Source: Octopus bimaculoides
Lineage: Eukaryota
Reading direction: 5' to 3'
Length of the DNA: 62,142 bases
Assembly (NCBI RefSeq): GCF_001194135.2
Contig: NC_068985.1
Span: 4,014,390-4,076,531 of the forward strand
The position numbers were made by a program, and so were the translations under genes. The stretch's first letter is position 1; every line of letters starts with the position of its first letter. This document shows, piece by piece, positions 1 through 12,157 of this stretch. The notes under the pieces are model-generated. The model saw only the letters and a program-made list of their open reading frames with translations, was not told where the DNA came from and did no database searches.

Positions 1-1196
1 TGTAGATGTAAGTCTGGATATATAAATCAATCACGTAAAAATTGTACCCTCAATGAAAATGTTATTCGACAAATCCCTCTTTCCTTGAGAGGTAGAGATA
101 GGTAGTATATTATATACGTACACAAATACACACGCGCATGCATACGCACACACACACACACGCATAAGCATATGAATAAAAACAGGTATCAAATTATAAG
201 CGGAGACGGGGTAAAACAACAAACACAATGTGTTACGTTGACACTCAGCAAATGGTAAAAAGAAGTGCACACACTACTGCAAGAATGCATGGACAATGAG
301 AAGGAAAATGGAGAAAATCAAACGCATTTGTATACAATCAACGCAGTATGTGTGCATGTGTTTGAACATGCATGCACATGTGTGCATTTTGGCAACAAAG
401 TGAGTGGCTTTACAATCAGTAAATGCAATATAAATTTATGTGGGGATGCGTACAATAAAATAGGCTTATGTAAAAAAAGAGTTAATGAATGGATAGATAA
501 AGGATTGAGTGATAGAATGAATGAATGAATGAATGAATGAATGAATGAATGAAGAATGTAGGTGAGAGGTATTTAGATTAACGAACAGAGATAGATGTAA
601 AAAGATATGATGGAGAAGTAGAAATGTGTGGGTGGGGAGGAAGATGTCACAGAAAAATCTCGAAATCATTTCTTATACGCAACACAAGCTTCAGAGATTT
701 CAGTACTGAAGCCAAGAGCGTGTGTGTGTGTGTGTGTGTGCGTACATATATATATATACTTTTACCAGATTGGTAAAAGTTTTTATTTTTCATTTCCTTT
801 CGAAATTATCCCTAACTTTTGTGGTATATAGTATTTTTGCTGCTATTTCTAGCGAGTAGATGTCCTATTATAGGCGTCTCTACATTTTTAATGAATAATA
901 CATAGTCTATTGACTGTTTTTTTACTCTCGCTAGACCACTGGTGGTAAATAAAATTTCTAAAATTTTCTTTGCTACCCTATAATTTATTAATATATNNNN
1001 NNNNNNNNNNNNNNNNNNNNNNNNNNNNNNNNNNNNNNNNNNNNNNNNNNNNNNNNNNNNNNNNNNNNNNNNNNNNNNNNNNNNNNNNNNNNNNNNNNNN
1101 NNNNNNNNNNNNNNNNNNNNNNNNNNNNNNNNNNNNNNNNNNNNNNNNNNNNNNNNNNNNNNNNNNNNNNNNNNNNNNNNNNNNNNNNNNNNNNNN

Positions 1197-1240
<44 letters not shown>

Positions 1241-2288
1241 CATATACATATACACACATATATATATAGACATACATAGGTCGACTTTGCCTTTCATTCT
1301 TCCGCGGTCGATAAATTAAGTATCAGTTGCATACTGAAGTTGATCTAATCGACTGGCCTCCTCCACAAAAATTTCGGGCCTTGTGCCTAGATTAGAAATG
1401 AATATAAACGTTTGTGGTCGCATATATCTGGCTTAATGGAGAACCACTTATTCACATTACACTTGCATGTAGCTTCCGACTATTTCGTTCAGAAAAAAAA
1501 AAATGAAATAACCGGGCAAAATATATGGTTTCCCTTATGGGAGCTGTTATTATTTTGTTGTTGACATACTCTAATGTTTTAACGGGGTAAAAAGGACCAA
1601 CAAAAGGATAGCAATCTGCAATATGAAGCTGTATAATTCTAGAGTTACTTTATTCTCAATATTCTGGAGAAGTTCCATGATAAAGCTACTAAAAGCGGGT
1701 AATGGAAAGGTAGAGTACTGCAATGAGAAATCGGTGTTTGGTTCGTGTGGGAGTCTAATATATTTACATAGCTATCAGCGCCTGATCGCTTGCTTTGCAA
1801 GTGACAGAGAAAACGCAGCGTTATAGAGTGGATGTGTGCGTATGAAACTGCTTAAATTCATTTATGCTTGCATTGTTACAGTTTCATCGCTATGGAGCAT
1901 AACGTATATGTGTACGTCAGAACGTTATCATTAAAAAAGAAAAAGCCGGAATTTTGTAGTAAATATGCAAATATCAGTAAGAGAAATAAATTGTGTAACT
2001 GGTTGTGTGGTGAAAGTTTCCCCTGCGTATAGGACCTGAGCGTATATTTAGTAAATTAGGGAAGAGAGCCACTTTGAGGTTGTAATTAGGGTGAATTTAT
2101 TAGAGTGATTATTTAAAGTTCTCACGGTGGAATTAAAGTTTGCAGAAGATACAAGATTAAAGTCTTAAGAGTACAAATTCAGAATCGAATAAAATGGCAA
2201 TATAAAATACACGAGGAACATAACATGAAATATATATATATACATATAATACGAAAATATTTATACTCATATAAAATTTTACAGATAG

Positions 2289-2428
2289 AATTATAGCACA
2301 AGGGTATGCGTCGACGCACACCAACATGCTTGAAATAGACGCTAAAAGCTCTATAGGTGGTTGTTGAGCTTTTAGCGTCTATTTCAACCTTGTTCGTGTG
2401 TTTCTACGCATACCCTTGTGTTATAATT
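2289..2428. repeat. 140-nt fold-back (63-bp arms, 14-nt loop)
   Basis: 2330-2351 pairs perfectly with 2366-2387. 2289-2311 pairs with 2406-2428 (one G-U) in the same register. The 18-bp middle segment matches at 12/18. Confidence 0.9.
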
Positions 2429-2466
2429 ATATCTATATAATTATATATCAGTATATATATATATGA

Positions 2467-2511
<45 letters not shown>

Positions 2512-4374
2512 TACATATTTATTTATATATGTATATATATATATATATGTATACGCGCGCGTCCATACACACATACACACATACACACATACACACAAAC
2601 GCATAAAAGATATTTTAATGTTTATCAACGTACTCTGTAACATTATTTTAATCGATATTTTTGTCTGCAGTTTACAGAACGAGCATATGGCGGTGGGGTG
2701 CGGGGTGGGAGAATCATACAACATTAAATTAAGAAAAAAATTTACCAATCCTGCAGACATCTCTAATTTATTTGAGACAAAAAAAAAACAGCAAACAAAA
2801 AACTATATGATTATCCTTTTTTTTATTTCGAAATCCTTAACTTGCGATCTCACGTTTTTAATCAAATATCCAATCACACTCCACAGCCTTGGGTTAATCG
2901 TGGCCGACCCAAAGGAAACATGTTATTATTACTGGGTAGAAACGGGCCTTTTATACCTCCATTGCTTTGTCTTTTACTGGTTTCATCCCATTCTGGTGAA
3001 CCACCTGTAGAAGTGGTGCACTCCGAGGAAGTCGTGTCAGAATTATTCAAGGATTCCTTACACTTTTAAGATTGTAGTTTTTGAGAGACCGGGAGGTGTT
3101 ATTTCTAACATGTTACGCGTCGAAAGGCGAACCTCCTCATTGGTTTGAAATATATTAGTGGTTGTGGGGGGGGAGTGGGGGGAAGGGAGTGTGTGTATGT
3201 ATGTGCACGTGTGTGAGCGTGTGTGAGTGTGTGTGTGTGAATGTGTATGAGTATGTGGGTGTGCATGAGAGTGTGAGTATGTGAGTGCGTGAGTGTGTGT
3301 GGGATTGTGTGTGAGATGTGGCGTGGTGTGTGTGTTTGTGTGCGTACATGTGTGTATGTGTGTGAGTTTGTGTGTGTGTGTGTGAACAGCTATGCGTATG
3401 CGTCAGTGTACTTTCGTCTTTCTGGAACTAATTAGATCTGACAAACTGGTCAACGACCGTTGGACTTATTTATGGAGCAGCTCAGGTGAATCATTTTCGG
3501 TAACAAGTTACTTATTCTCCGACATTTCTGTTCTCGTGATCATCCCACCCGCCTTTCGGTTTCTATTTCGCTCTGCACACTCGATCACAACTTCCACTCT
3601 CTACGGACTGAATTCCCAACCTCATTTCCTTTAAGCTTTCCTGGCACTACACTCTACACAGCGCATAGCACCACGCTAGACACAGCACACTACAACCATC
3701 AGCCATTTATACTTTATACCAGTTCTATGCAAAGACACACACACCTTTGAAATACGCACGCACGAATACATTGTTAGCTAACGATAATACGACACGAACA
3801 AACATCAAACAAAGAAGTGCACCAAGTGAGCACAAACAGTCACTCACAAACTCGCATCAAACATATGCGTACAAAACACATTGAAAAACATGCACATATA
3901 CGCATCCTTTGCACAAACTCAAATAGACATATAAACTTGGACAGATAATTTTTTAATGATTATTTGCTCATAATCTACGTAGTATAACAGGGTGCATCAA
4001 GTACATATAGGTAGTTAATACTACTATCTTTTAGACTGTACGGTGTAATGTAAAGAATAGGTGAATGGTATTTCCATCGGAGTCTTTTATTAACTTATAT
4101 TATCGCTGTTGATGATGATGTGGTCGTTGGTATTTTCTTTGTTGATGGTGATAGTGATAATAATAGTGATAATGATGTATCTATGATGTTGCTCTTTGGA
4201 ACTGGTCTTTTAACTGTCTCCTGAATATCTGTCAAATGCAAAACTTTCAATTACCATTAGCACCCGATTCATCAGACCTGCCAATGATAGTGCACACTTT
4301 TGATATTATAATGATAATATAATGATAAAATAACGATAATGATAACATTATGATAACATGATAATAATAATAAT

Positions 4375-4716
4375 TATTATTGCCTTTGCACAGTTTCTAA
4401 CGATGGAGATGTACTACAATGTCAGCTGTTCACTACCAATGAACTAAGGTAACACCCCTTATTTTTCGAGCACCTTCCGGAGTATTCGAGTGGTTCCAAG
4501 CAGTGCTGTTTTCTGCAAGTGCTCCACCCTTATTGCAGCCCCTATTTGTTCCATGTACTTCTCAAGATTTTTACTCACTGCTTCCAGGGCTCCGACAATT
4601 ATTGGTACTACTACTGCCTTTTTCACCGACCACAACTGCTAAACTCTCATGTCTATTGACTTTTCTTCCTTATCGCATATCTTGTCAGCTGAGCACGTTA
4701 TATCTAGGATCCAGCA
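4375..4716 (-). mobile_element. 3' end of an RLE-type non-LTR retrotransposon (R4/Dong-like) inside an (AAT)n microsatellite
   Basis: Minus frame: EEKSIDMRV*QLWSVKKAVVVPIIVGALEAVSKNLEKYMEQIGAAIRVEHLQKTALLGTTRILRKVLEK* (stop 4461-4459), then ~85 nt UTR ending in AATAATAAT. (AAT)n/(AAC)n lies on the other side. Confidence 0.8.
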
Positions 4717-4772
4717 TAGTTTGTTTTGTTTGTTTGTTTATTATTATTAATATTATTATTATTATTATTATT

Positions 4773-4811
<39 letters not shown>

Positions 4812-5306
4812 GCTGTTGTTGTTATCATTATTATTATTGTTATGATTGTCGTTTTTTGTCTCACAAGTATCTATCGTTAGGAAACATGGAAGCAAGAAAA
4901 TTTCAAACAATTTCAGATATTTTTGCAATGCCTTTTATAATTTGTTTCAGTTGATTATGTTACGGTATGTGCGTATATATATATTTCAGCACGCATGTAT
5001 ATATACATGTGTGTATATTCATATGTGCATCCGTATTTCAGTGTGTATATCTCTGTATGAAGGTCTTGTATTTTCGTTAATACACACATGATTTCAGCAC
5101 ATCACTGTGGTTGTGGGTTCAGGCGCTGAATGTAAATTCTAAAGGAAATCTGTAGAGATAACATAACATAGATTATATCGCACAGCTAACACAAAAAGTA
5201 GGATGCTGTATTGACTTGACTTATAAATCTTTAACAAACTTGGCAGCATATTGTGATTACAAAGCGAAATACAGTGTGCCTACCAGCAATTACCATATAT
5301 CGATAT

Positions 5307-5472
5307 AGGTGCAGGAGTGGTTGTGTGGTATGTAGCTTGCTTATCAACCACATAGTTCCGAGTTCAGTCCCACAGCGTGGCATCTTGGTCAATTACATGC
5401 TACTCCAGCCTCGGGCCGACCAAAGCCTTGTGAGTGAACTTTGTAGACGGAAACTGAAAGAAGCCCGTCGTA
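5307..5472 (+). mobile_element. SINE family A (tRNA-derived head + CORE-like block)
   Basis: GGTGCAGGAGTGG.TGTGTGGTA...AACCACATAGTTCCGAGTTCAGTCCCAC..CGTGGCA.CTTGG...GAAACTGAAAGAAGCCCGTCG; recurs many times in the window. Confidence 0.8.
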
Positions 5473-5492
5473 TGTATGTGTGTGAGTGTGCA

Positions 5493-5533
<41 letters not shown>

Positions 5534-5542
5534 TCACACACA

Positions 5543-5545
<3 letters not shown>

Positions 5546-5600
<55 letters not shown>

Positions 5601-5740
5601 GTTTTTGTTGTTATTATTATTATTCTGGTCACAGCCTGGAATAGAACTTGGGCATATGGCATAGTGGTTAAGAATGCGGGCTACTAACCCCAAGATTCCG
5701 AGTTCGATTCCAGGAAGTGACCTGAATAATATTAATAATG
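5546..5740 (+). mobile_element. Second, centrally deleted copy of the tRNA-head palindromic element
   Basis: (ATT)n + TCTGGTCACAGCCTGGAATAGAACTTG (inverted 3' part of the head) joined to a forward head 5651-5723 with A box TGGCATAGTGG and B box GAGTTCGATTCC, followed by AATAAT. Homologous to 11951-12044. Confidence 0.75.
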
Positions 5741-5942
5741 ATTAGTTATGTTTTTCTTTAATGTACGTCGAAGGCGCAAAGTATCTCGAAGCTGCACCGT
5801 TTTATACTTAGTGCGCTGAGTATTATATCTTTAAGAATTCTTTTGCTAAATTGATCGATTATTGATCTGCAATGAAACCAATATTTTCCGAACGGGTAAT
5901 TGAACCACCGTACTAAGTATTGATATAAAAATATACACATTT

Positions 5943-6101
5943 AGGCGCAGGAGTGGCTGTGTGGTAAGATGTTTGCTTCCCAACCACATAGTTCCGGGTT
6001 CAGATCCACTGACTGGCACCTTGGACAAGTGTCTTTTTTTATAGCCTCGGATAGACCAAAGCCTTGTGAGTGGATTTGGTAGACGGAAACCGAAAGAAGC
6101 A
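5943..6101 (+). mobile_element. SINE family A
   Basis: Homologous to 5307-5472. Confidence 0.8.
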
Positions 6102-6187
6102 CATTCTCCTTTTCCGTATTTATTTATTCTCTTCCTCTTTTTTCTCTTTCTTTTTCTGTTTTCTCTTCCTCCTCCTCCTCCTCCTCC

Positions 6188-6235
<48 letters not shown>

Positions 6236-6267
6236 CTATCTATTTATCTTTGTTTGCTTCTCTAATC

Positions 6268-6303
<36 letters not shown>

Positions 6304-7847
6304 GCCTCTCTGGTTCTTTATCTCCTCTCTCTCTCTCTCGCTCTCTCTCTCTCGCTCTCTCTCTCTCTCATTTATCTTTCATATCCCTTCTTTTGATTCC
6401 GTCTCCCTACTCTCCCTTTCCCCTCTCTCTCTCTCTTTCTCTCTTCCTCGTATTTATGTAGATATTTGATAAACAGATTATAAGCTGATATTATCCGGAA
6501 TCAACCGAACTAATCCCTTTCCCAGTTGTAAGCAGACAATGACTTTCGAAAGAAGAAACGCTAATTGCTTAGAATCATTTCACGTTTGCTTAATGACGTT
6601 ATTAATCTCCATGCTCTTCACGAAGACGACATGTAAAGTCAGAATCGAAAGTAAAGTATCTTATTAAAATCCTTTTTAAAGGATTCATTTCTTTTGTATT
6701 ACCAGCAAAATTATTCTTAACTAGTCATCCATCTTTAAACTAGAAAGACAGCTTTCTAAAGAGGAAACTGGGATTGTTTAGTTCCTTGTCATTCTTTGGT
6801 ATTGACGTTACCAATCACCGTTTTCTTTCCGAAGAAGTCATCTAATATGGAAACGGTATGCAACAGTACCTTACTAAATTCTTTGAAAAATATTGTAAAA
6901 TCTAATTAACTTATCAATATTAAATAGTTTAGGATACTTGTAACTGCATATTGAGAACTGTGTCACTATTTCTCAATGTTTACACAAGTTTACCGAACAC
7001 TTCGAGAAGCAGTACAGCGCATGCGCAATATTTGGAGGTATTCTCATCCATTCATTCTTTACAGTTCACTGCAGGAATATCAAATATGCATTAATAGCGA
7101 TCGAACATTCAGTGGTAATATTGAATCGGCTGTCATCAATGATTTGTACAATGTAGCAGATGAGAATCATCGCAAAAAAAGGATGATAAAATTGTTTTTC
7201 CTCAGTTCACCATTTGCAGTCGAGCGCTTACGGAAAGGAAAGTATTTGTTCTCAAGTGAGGTCAAACAAACAAACAAACAACCCAGATGATGCTCTCTTT
7301 TCTATAAACAATCACGAGCAGAAGAGAAATGTCGATGGAAATGAAACACCACAAGACAGCAAAAAAAAAAAAAAAATCGAAAATAATGAGAATTCCAAAA
7401 AAATATAAACGCATAATAATAAGAAAATATTAAAAGCGAAAAGGATATAAAAGCAAAAAGGATATAAAAGCGAAAGGGATATAAAAATATAAAAAATATA
7501 ATTGCAAATGAGAGGGAAAATGAGAGAGGGACAAGAAGAGAAGATGATAAAAACATAGAAATAAAACTGAAGAGAAAGAAGGAAAAAGCATCCAAATAAT
7601 TAAAAAAAAAGCAGAAGAGGCAAAAGAAAGAAGATTGCAGAAAAAGTAGAGAGAAAAAAAATGAATAAATGGAGAGTAAAAAAAATGGAGTAAGGGAGAG
7701 TGTTGCAGAGACAATCTGTAGGAACGGAACGAATGATAGCAATGATAGGGTTTGGAGCTTAATTCTCATCCAAATAATGTTTATACATCAGAAAAAATTG
7801 CATCTCTGTGTTCTGTATGCAAAATATGTGACAACTGTGGTGCTAGA

Positions 7848-7911
7848 AGGTGTTGACAGAATGGAGTTCAAAGATGCTGAACTGAGTTTAAACTCCATTC
7901 TGTCAACATCT
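7848..7911 (+). repeat. 64-nt hairpin, 24-bp arms
   Basis: AGGTGTTGACAGAATGGAGTTCAA / TTAAACTCCATTCTGTCAACATCT. 18 contiguous perfect pairs, one G-U on plus, one C-A mismatch, ~16-nt loop. Confidence 0.85.
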
Positions 7912-8060
7912 CAAATGTAAATTTCTTCCTTGAAGACAGGGGCTGGTGTGATCCGGTGATGGAATCAAATTACAATCATTATTTTCGACCACCAAACCCC
8001 CAGAAACAACTGTTGGACTTGTAAAACCCTTACTCAACCCATTTAATTCCTGATATCAAG

Positions 8061-8765
8061 TTTAACGTTCAAGCTCACTTCCGATGTTTACGGCAGTGTT
8101 TGGAAGGTGTGTAACGCGTGATTGTCGCTTTGGCCATAACAGAGAAAGATGAGCAGAGAATCTGTATCAAATTTTGCCAAAAGCTTGGCGATACCTGCTC
8201 AGAAACAAACGCGAAGTTTTCAAAAACTTTCTCATCGTTCTCGACACAATCAAGGAGATCTTGTGCAACTGAAAGCCGAGTGTCTTTTTGGTAAGCTGTA
8301 AGTAGTTTTGGCACAAAGACACGCGTCTCATACCCAAATCTTCACTAAATCGTAACTAATCTGCACATCCTCTAACTCACAGATGGTGATTCGACGATTT
8401 CCCCACGCAGCTGCACGCACATCTGTGATGTTTTTTTTCTCAGTTCTACTGGTTGCGGGCCTCCCAGAACGTTCGTCAATATCGACATTTTTACGGCCAT
8501 CTTGGAAACGTACACTTGTGTGTGACTCCTACACAACTTCATGCACTTTCTACAACTTGGCGTAGGCCTCTGAACAGGTATCACTATGACAACTTACCCT
8601 GTCATGGCAAGTGCGACGATCACACGCTACACACCTTCCTTCCAAGCACTGCTGTAAACGATAGAAGTGAGCTAGAATGTTAAAACGTAGTGCGCATGCA
8701 CAGCAGAGTTCAAGGACAATCTATGCCAAGCGACTTCTCTCCGCATGCTTTAGCTTTGTTACTAT
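8061..8765. mobile_element. Fold-back mariner (Tc1/mariner) transposase relic: two 5' halves facing each other
   Basis: Plus 8136-8225: (M)TEKDEQRICIKFCQKLGDTCSET. Minus ~8605-8225 with frameshifts: TCSEAYAKL..RFQDGRKNVDIDERSGRPATSRTEK..RRITICEL..EDLGMRRV..PKLLTAYQKDTRLSVAQDLLDCVENDE. Upstream leaders 8061-8140 and 8684-8600 are inverted homologues. Confidence 0.85.
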
Positions 8766-9237
8766 GGTAGTGTTGGTGTGTTTACGTCTTGTAAATCGGC
8801 GGTTCGGCAAAAGGTGCCGATAAAATACGTACCAAGCTTAAGACATTAAAAAATTTTCAAGGCAGAGATCCAGAAACAAGTAAAAGGTAAAAGATAAATG
8901 ATGCTAGAAATAGCAGTAAAACACTCTCAAATCGATTCCTGCGGACACGTTCGATTATGACATTCTCGGTTCTCCTTATGCTGGAATAATTTTGATCATG
9001 AGCCTGATTGATCAGATGCGATGTGCGGTTAAGCAGGAGCAAAAACAAGAAGAAGCTCTCCAGCACCACCAACGTTATCTTCACCCCCAGCCTCATCATT
9101 ATCTCCGCCACCAATATCAATAACAACACACAACCCCAGAGTCTGCTAGAAGAAGCAAAATCCCATTCAAATCGCAATTCGACTTCTTTTAAAATGAATA
9201 ACGTACGCCTTCACATGTTGCCTCAATAATCGTCGTC

Positions 9238-9689
9238 GTGGCACTCCGTCGGTTACGACGACGAGAGTTCCAGTCGATCCGATCAACGGAACAGCCTGCT
9301 CGTGAAATTAGCGTGCAAGTGGCTGAGCACTCCACAGACACGTGTACCCTCAACGTAGTTCTCAGGGAGATTCAGCGTGACACAGAGTGTGACAAGGCTG
9401 GCCCTTTGAATTACAGGTACTACTCATTTTTTTTTTTTTTTTGCTAGCTGATACGGATATATTTGAATGTCATCACTTTGAAATACAGGTACAATAGGAA
9501 CACGAACAAAGAGTGAGAGAAAGTTGTGATGAAAGTGTACAGCGGGGTTCGCCACCACCCCTTGCCGGAGCCTCGGGGAGCCTTAGGAGTTTTCGCTCAA
9601 TAAACACTCACAGCGACCGGTCTGGGAATCGAAACTGCGATCCTACGACCGCGAGTTTGCTGCTCTAACCACTGGGCCATTGCGCCTCC
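9238..9689 (-). mobile_element. SINE family B (tRNA-derived, ~400 bp)
   Basis: Minus head GGAGGCGCAATGGCCCAGTGGTTAGAGCAGC..CTCGCGGTCGTAGGATCGCAGTTTCGATTCCCAGACC; body ends GTCGTCGTAACCGACGGAGTGCC. Confidence 0.85.
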
Positions 9690-9795
9690 ACGGGCCTGAA
9701 TAATAGACGGGATGATTACAGCTAAAACTCATTTGTTCATAAATCTACCTGACCAATGCAAATAACTAAAGAAAGAAAATAGCTAAAAACAACAG

Positions 9796-9912
<117 letters not shown>

Positions 9913-10424
9913 TAAAGATAACCTAAAAATACCAACAAAAACAACAAAATCAGCAAATAACTTCACGAAGCAATGACACGCTAACAACACATTGTTGTTA
10001 TTGATTTTTACGTCGACACTTTCTTCCAAACATAATTACCGATATAAAACAGAAACCTAATTAAATATATAAATAAAATTGTAAAAAATTATGCTGTTGT
10101 TACAAGAGTTTTCAATATTGTCATCGTTTCTTATTTCAACTTTCTGCAGTCATTGTTCTCTGCTTGTCATCCCCATTAACCTTCATTTTCTTATAATCAA
10201 ATAATTAGAATGGTCTGAACTTTTTAGCTTCAACTTTTCAAACAAATTTATTCTTAAGTTATTGGTTTTTTTTGGTTTATTATCTGCAAATAACAAACAC
10301 CGAATCTTTTGTTTTAAAATCAGCATTTTTGTTTCGATTGCCACAATTCACCAGCCTATCTTTATACGTGTATGTTTGTGTATATGTATACACACACATA
10401 CACACACATATATTCTTTTCTGCT

Positions 10425-10850
10425 CGTGGCACAAGGCCCGAAATTTTGTGGGAGGTGGGGGAGGGCTGCCGATTACAACGCCCCTAGTACGCAACTGGTA
10501 TTTAATTTATCGGCTCCGAAAGGCAAAGTCGACCTCGGCTGAATTTGAACTCAGAACGTAAAGACAGACGAAATACCGCTAAGCATTTTTCCCGACGTGC
10601 TAAAGTTTCTGCCAGCTCGTCGCCTTATTCGATCACAAATATTTATTTCTTTATTGCCCACAGAGGGCTAAACATAAAGGAGACAAACAAGGATAGACAA
10701 AGGGATTAAGTCGATTACATCGACTCCAGTGTGTAACTGGTACTTCTTTAATCGACCCCGAAAGGATGAAAGGCAAAGTCGACCTCGACGGAATTTGAAC
10801 TCACAATGTAAACACAGAAGAAATACCGCTAAGCATTTTGGCGCCTCATT
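10425..10850 (-). mobile_element. SINE family C, dimeric
   Basis: Reverse complement of the 35891-36305 architecture. Confidence 0.8.
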
Positions 10851-11761
10851 CGATCACAAACATTGATGTTACAATGACATTGGCGGTTAGTGTTCGCGAG
10901 TAATTTTATGTGGAGTATTGCTGTTTAAAAGCTGGTTCTAACTGTGCCAGCGTAAACAATCTTTCCATTAAAACTAAGGTATCACAACCAAAATGGCAGT
11001 AAATGTACCGGAAAGAGAAGTATGAGCACACAATGCGCATGTGCTAACGTTCCTGCAAGCTCGGTGCCTTATCACACACACACATATATTTATAGGGGAT
11101 GACAGCAGTGAGCATTGACGTATATAAGTACATCTTTGTTAGCAGCTCAAATATGCTTCAAGCATATTCTAACCCGTAAACAATTCATTCATTGTATGTG
11201 TCACGGAGAGAATTTCTAACTGGAGACAATTGCACGGAGTCAATTCACAGTGCACCCTCACCAGAATGTTGAATGCATGCATTTCAGAGTGATTATCGCC
11301 TCCTCACTAACGGAGACCAGAATATATATATATATATATATNNNNNNNNNNGGGGGGGGGGGTGATCGAATCTGATCGACGATAAAATATCAACCTCAGA
11401 CAAACGAACTGCATCATCATCCTTTTAATTAGAAACAACAACAACAAAAGCAACGACCATAAACTATATTTTCTACAGTAATTATCTAAATACCGTCGAA
11501 CAATTCAAGCCTGTTTCCGCAGTTGACTACACGCTACGAACTTTATCTCCAAGGCGAGGAGATGCTCAATTCATATCACGAGGAAGGAAAATACGGATTT
11601 GGATGTAAAACGTCTTTCTCTACGTCATAACAACTTCTTGAATACTTTCGCAATCGTTCTGAATTGAAACCGCTTCGCAATGTCTTTATTCGACTTTTTG
11701 GCAGTATTATTAGGAGACGGATCACTCTGGGTGATCCTATGTTCCAAGAAACCAAGTAGTG

Positions 11762-12157
11762 GTACATTATTTATATTTGACGGATATTTGTCCTCATCTT
11801 GTTTGTTATTAACACAACGTTTCGGCTGATATACCCTCCAGCCTTCATCAGGTGTCTTGGAGAAACTGCGAACCTGGGTTCTCGTTCCTAAGGTATTTTT
11901 CGATATTATTATTATTAGTAGTAGTAGTAGTATTAGTATTAGTATTATTCAGATGACTACCTGGAATCGAACTCGAAATCTTGGGGTTAGTAGCCCGCGC
12001 TCTTAACCACTATGCGTTATGCCCACGGGCATATGGCGTAGTGGCGTACTGAAGATCGAGATCGAGCGAGCTTTTGCCCTTTTGCTCGACGTGTGGTTTC
12101 TGTCAAATGTAAATAATGTAAATAGTGTACATAATCCCTCATCTCTTAAATATAGAA
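11762..12157 (-). mobile_element. Palindromic tRNA-head + (AAT)n + hammerhead-tail element; left arm complete on minus, right arm internally deleted on plus
   Basis: Minus strand reads tRNA-like head 12023-11951 (B box GAGTTCGATTCC, loop CTACTAA), AT-rich triplet linker, hammerhead 11856-11811, then tail ...CCGTCAAATATAAATAATGTAC. Centre TATGCCCACGGGCATA. The plus arm restarts GGCATATGGCGTAGTGG (12028-12044) and ends with the same tail CTGTCAAATGTAAATAATGTA (12100-12157). Confidence 0.8.
11811..11856 (-). ncRNA. Minimal type I hammerhead ribozyme (PLE-type), intact core
   Basis: Minus: GACAC CTGATGA A GGCTG GAGGGTATAT CAGCC GAAA CG TT GTGTT. Stem I GACAC/GTGTT, stem II GGCTG/CAGCC, palindromic ACGT in place of stem III, GUU cleavage triplet. 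Confidence 0.8.

Noticed and set aside
3392-3660. 80-aa plus ORF and a protein-like minus frame (RSLTSLSDLISSRKDES)
   Set aside because: The minus frame has in-frame TAA stops and runs into a CA repeat; no homology recognised.
4080-4215. Minus-strand acceptor TTGACAG followed by DIQETVKRPVPK...
   Set aside because: Runs into an (ATC)n-derived tract and stops; insufficient support.
8857-9229. Overlapping ORFs including a Gln/His-rich frame
   Set aside because: Derived from degenerate CAT/CAA repeats; no splice sites or recognisable domain.
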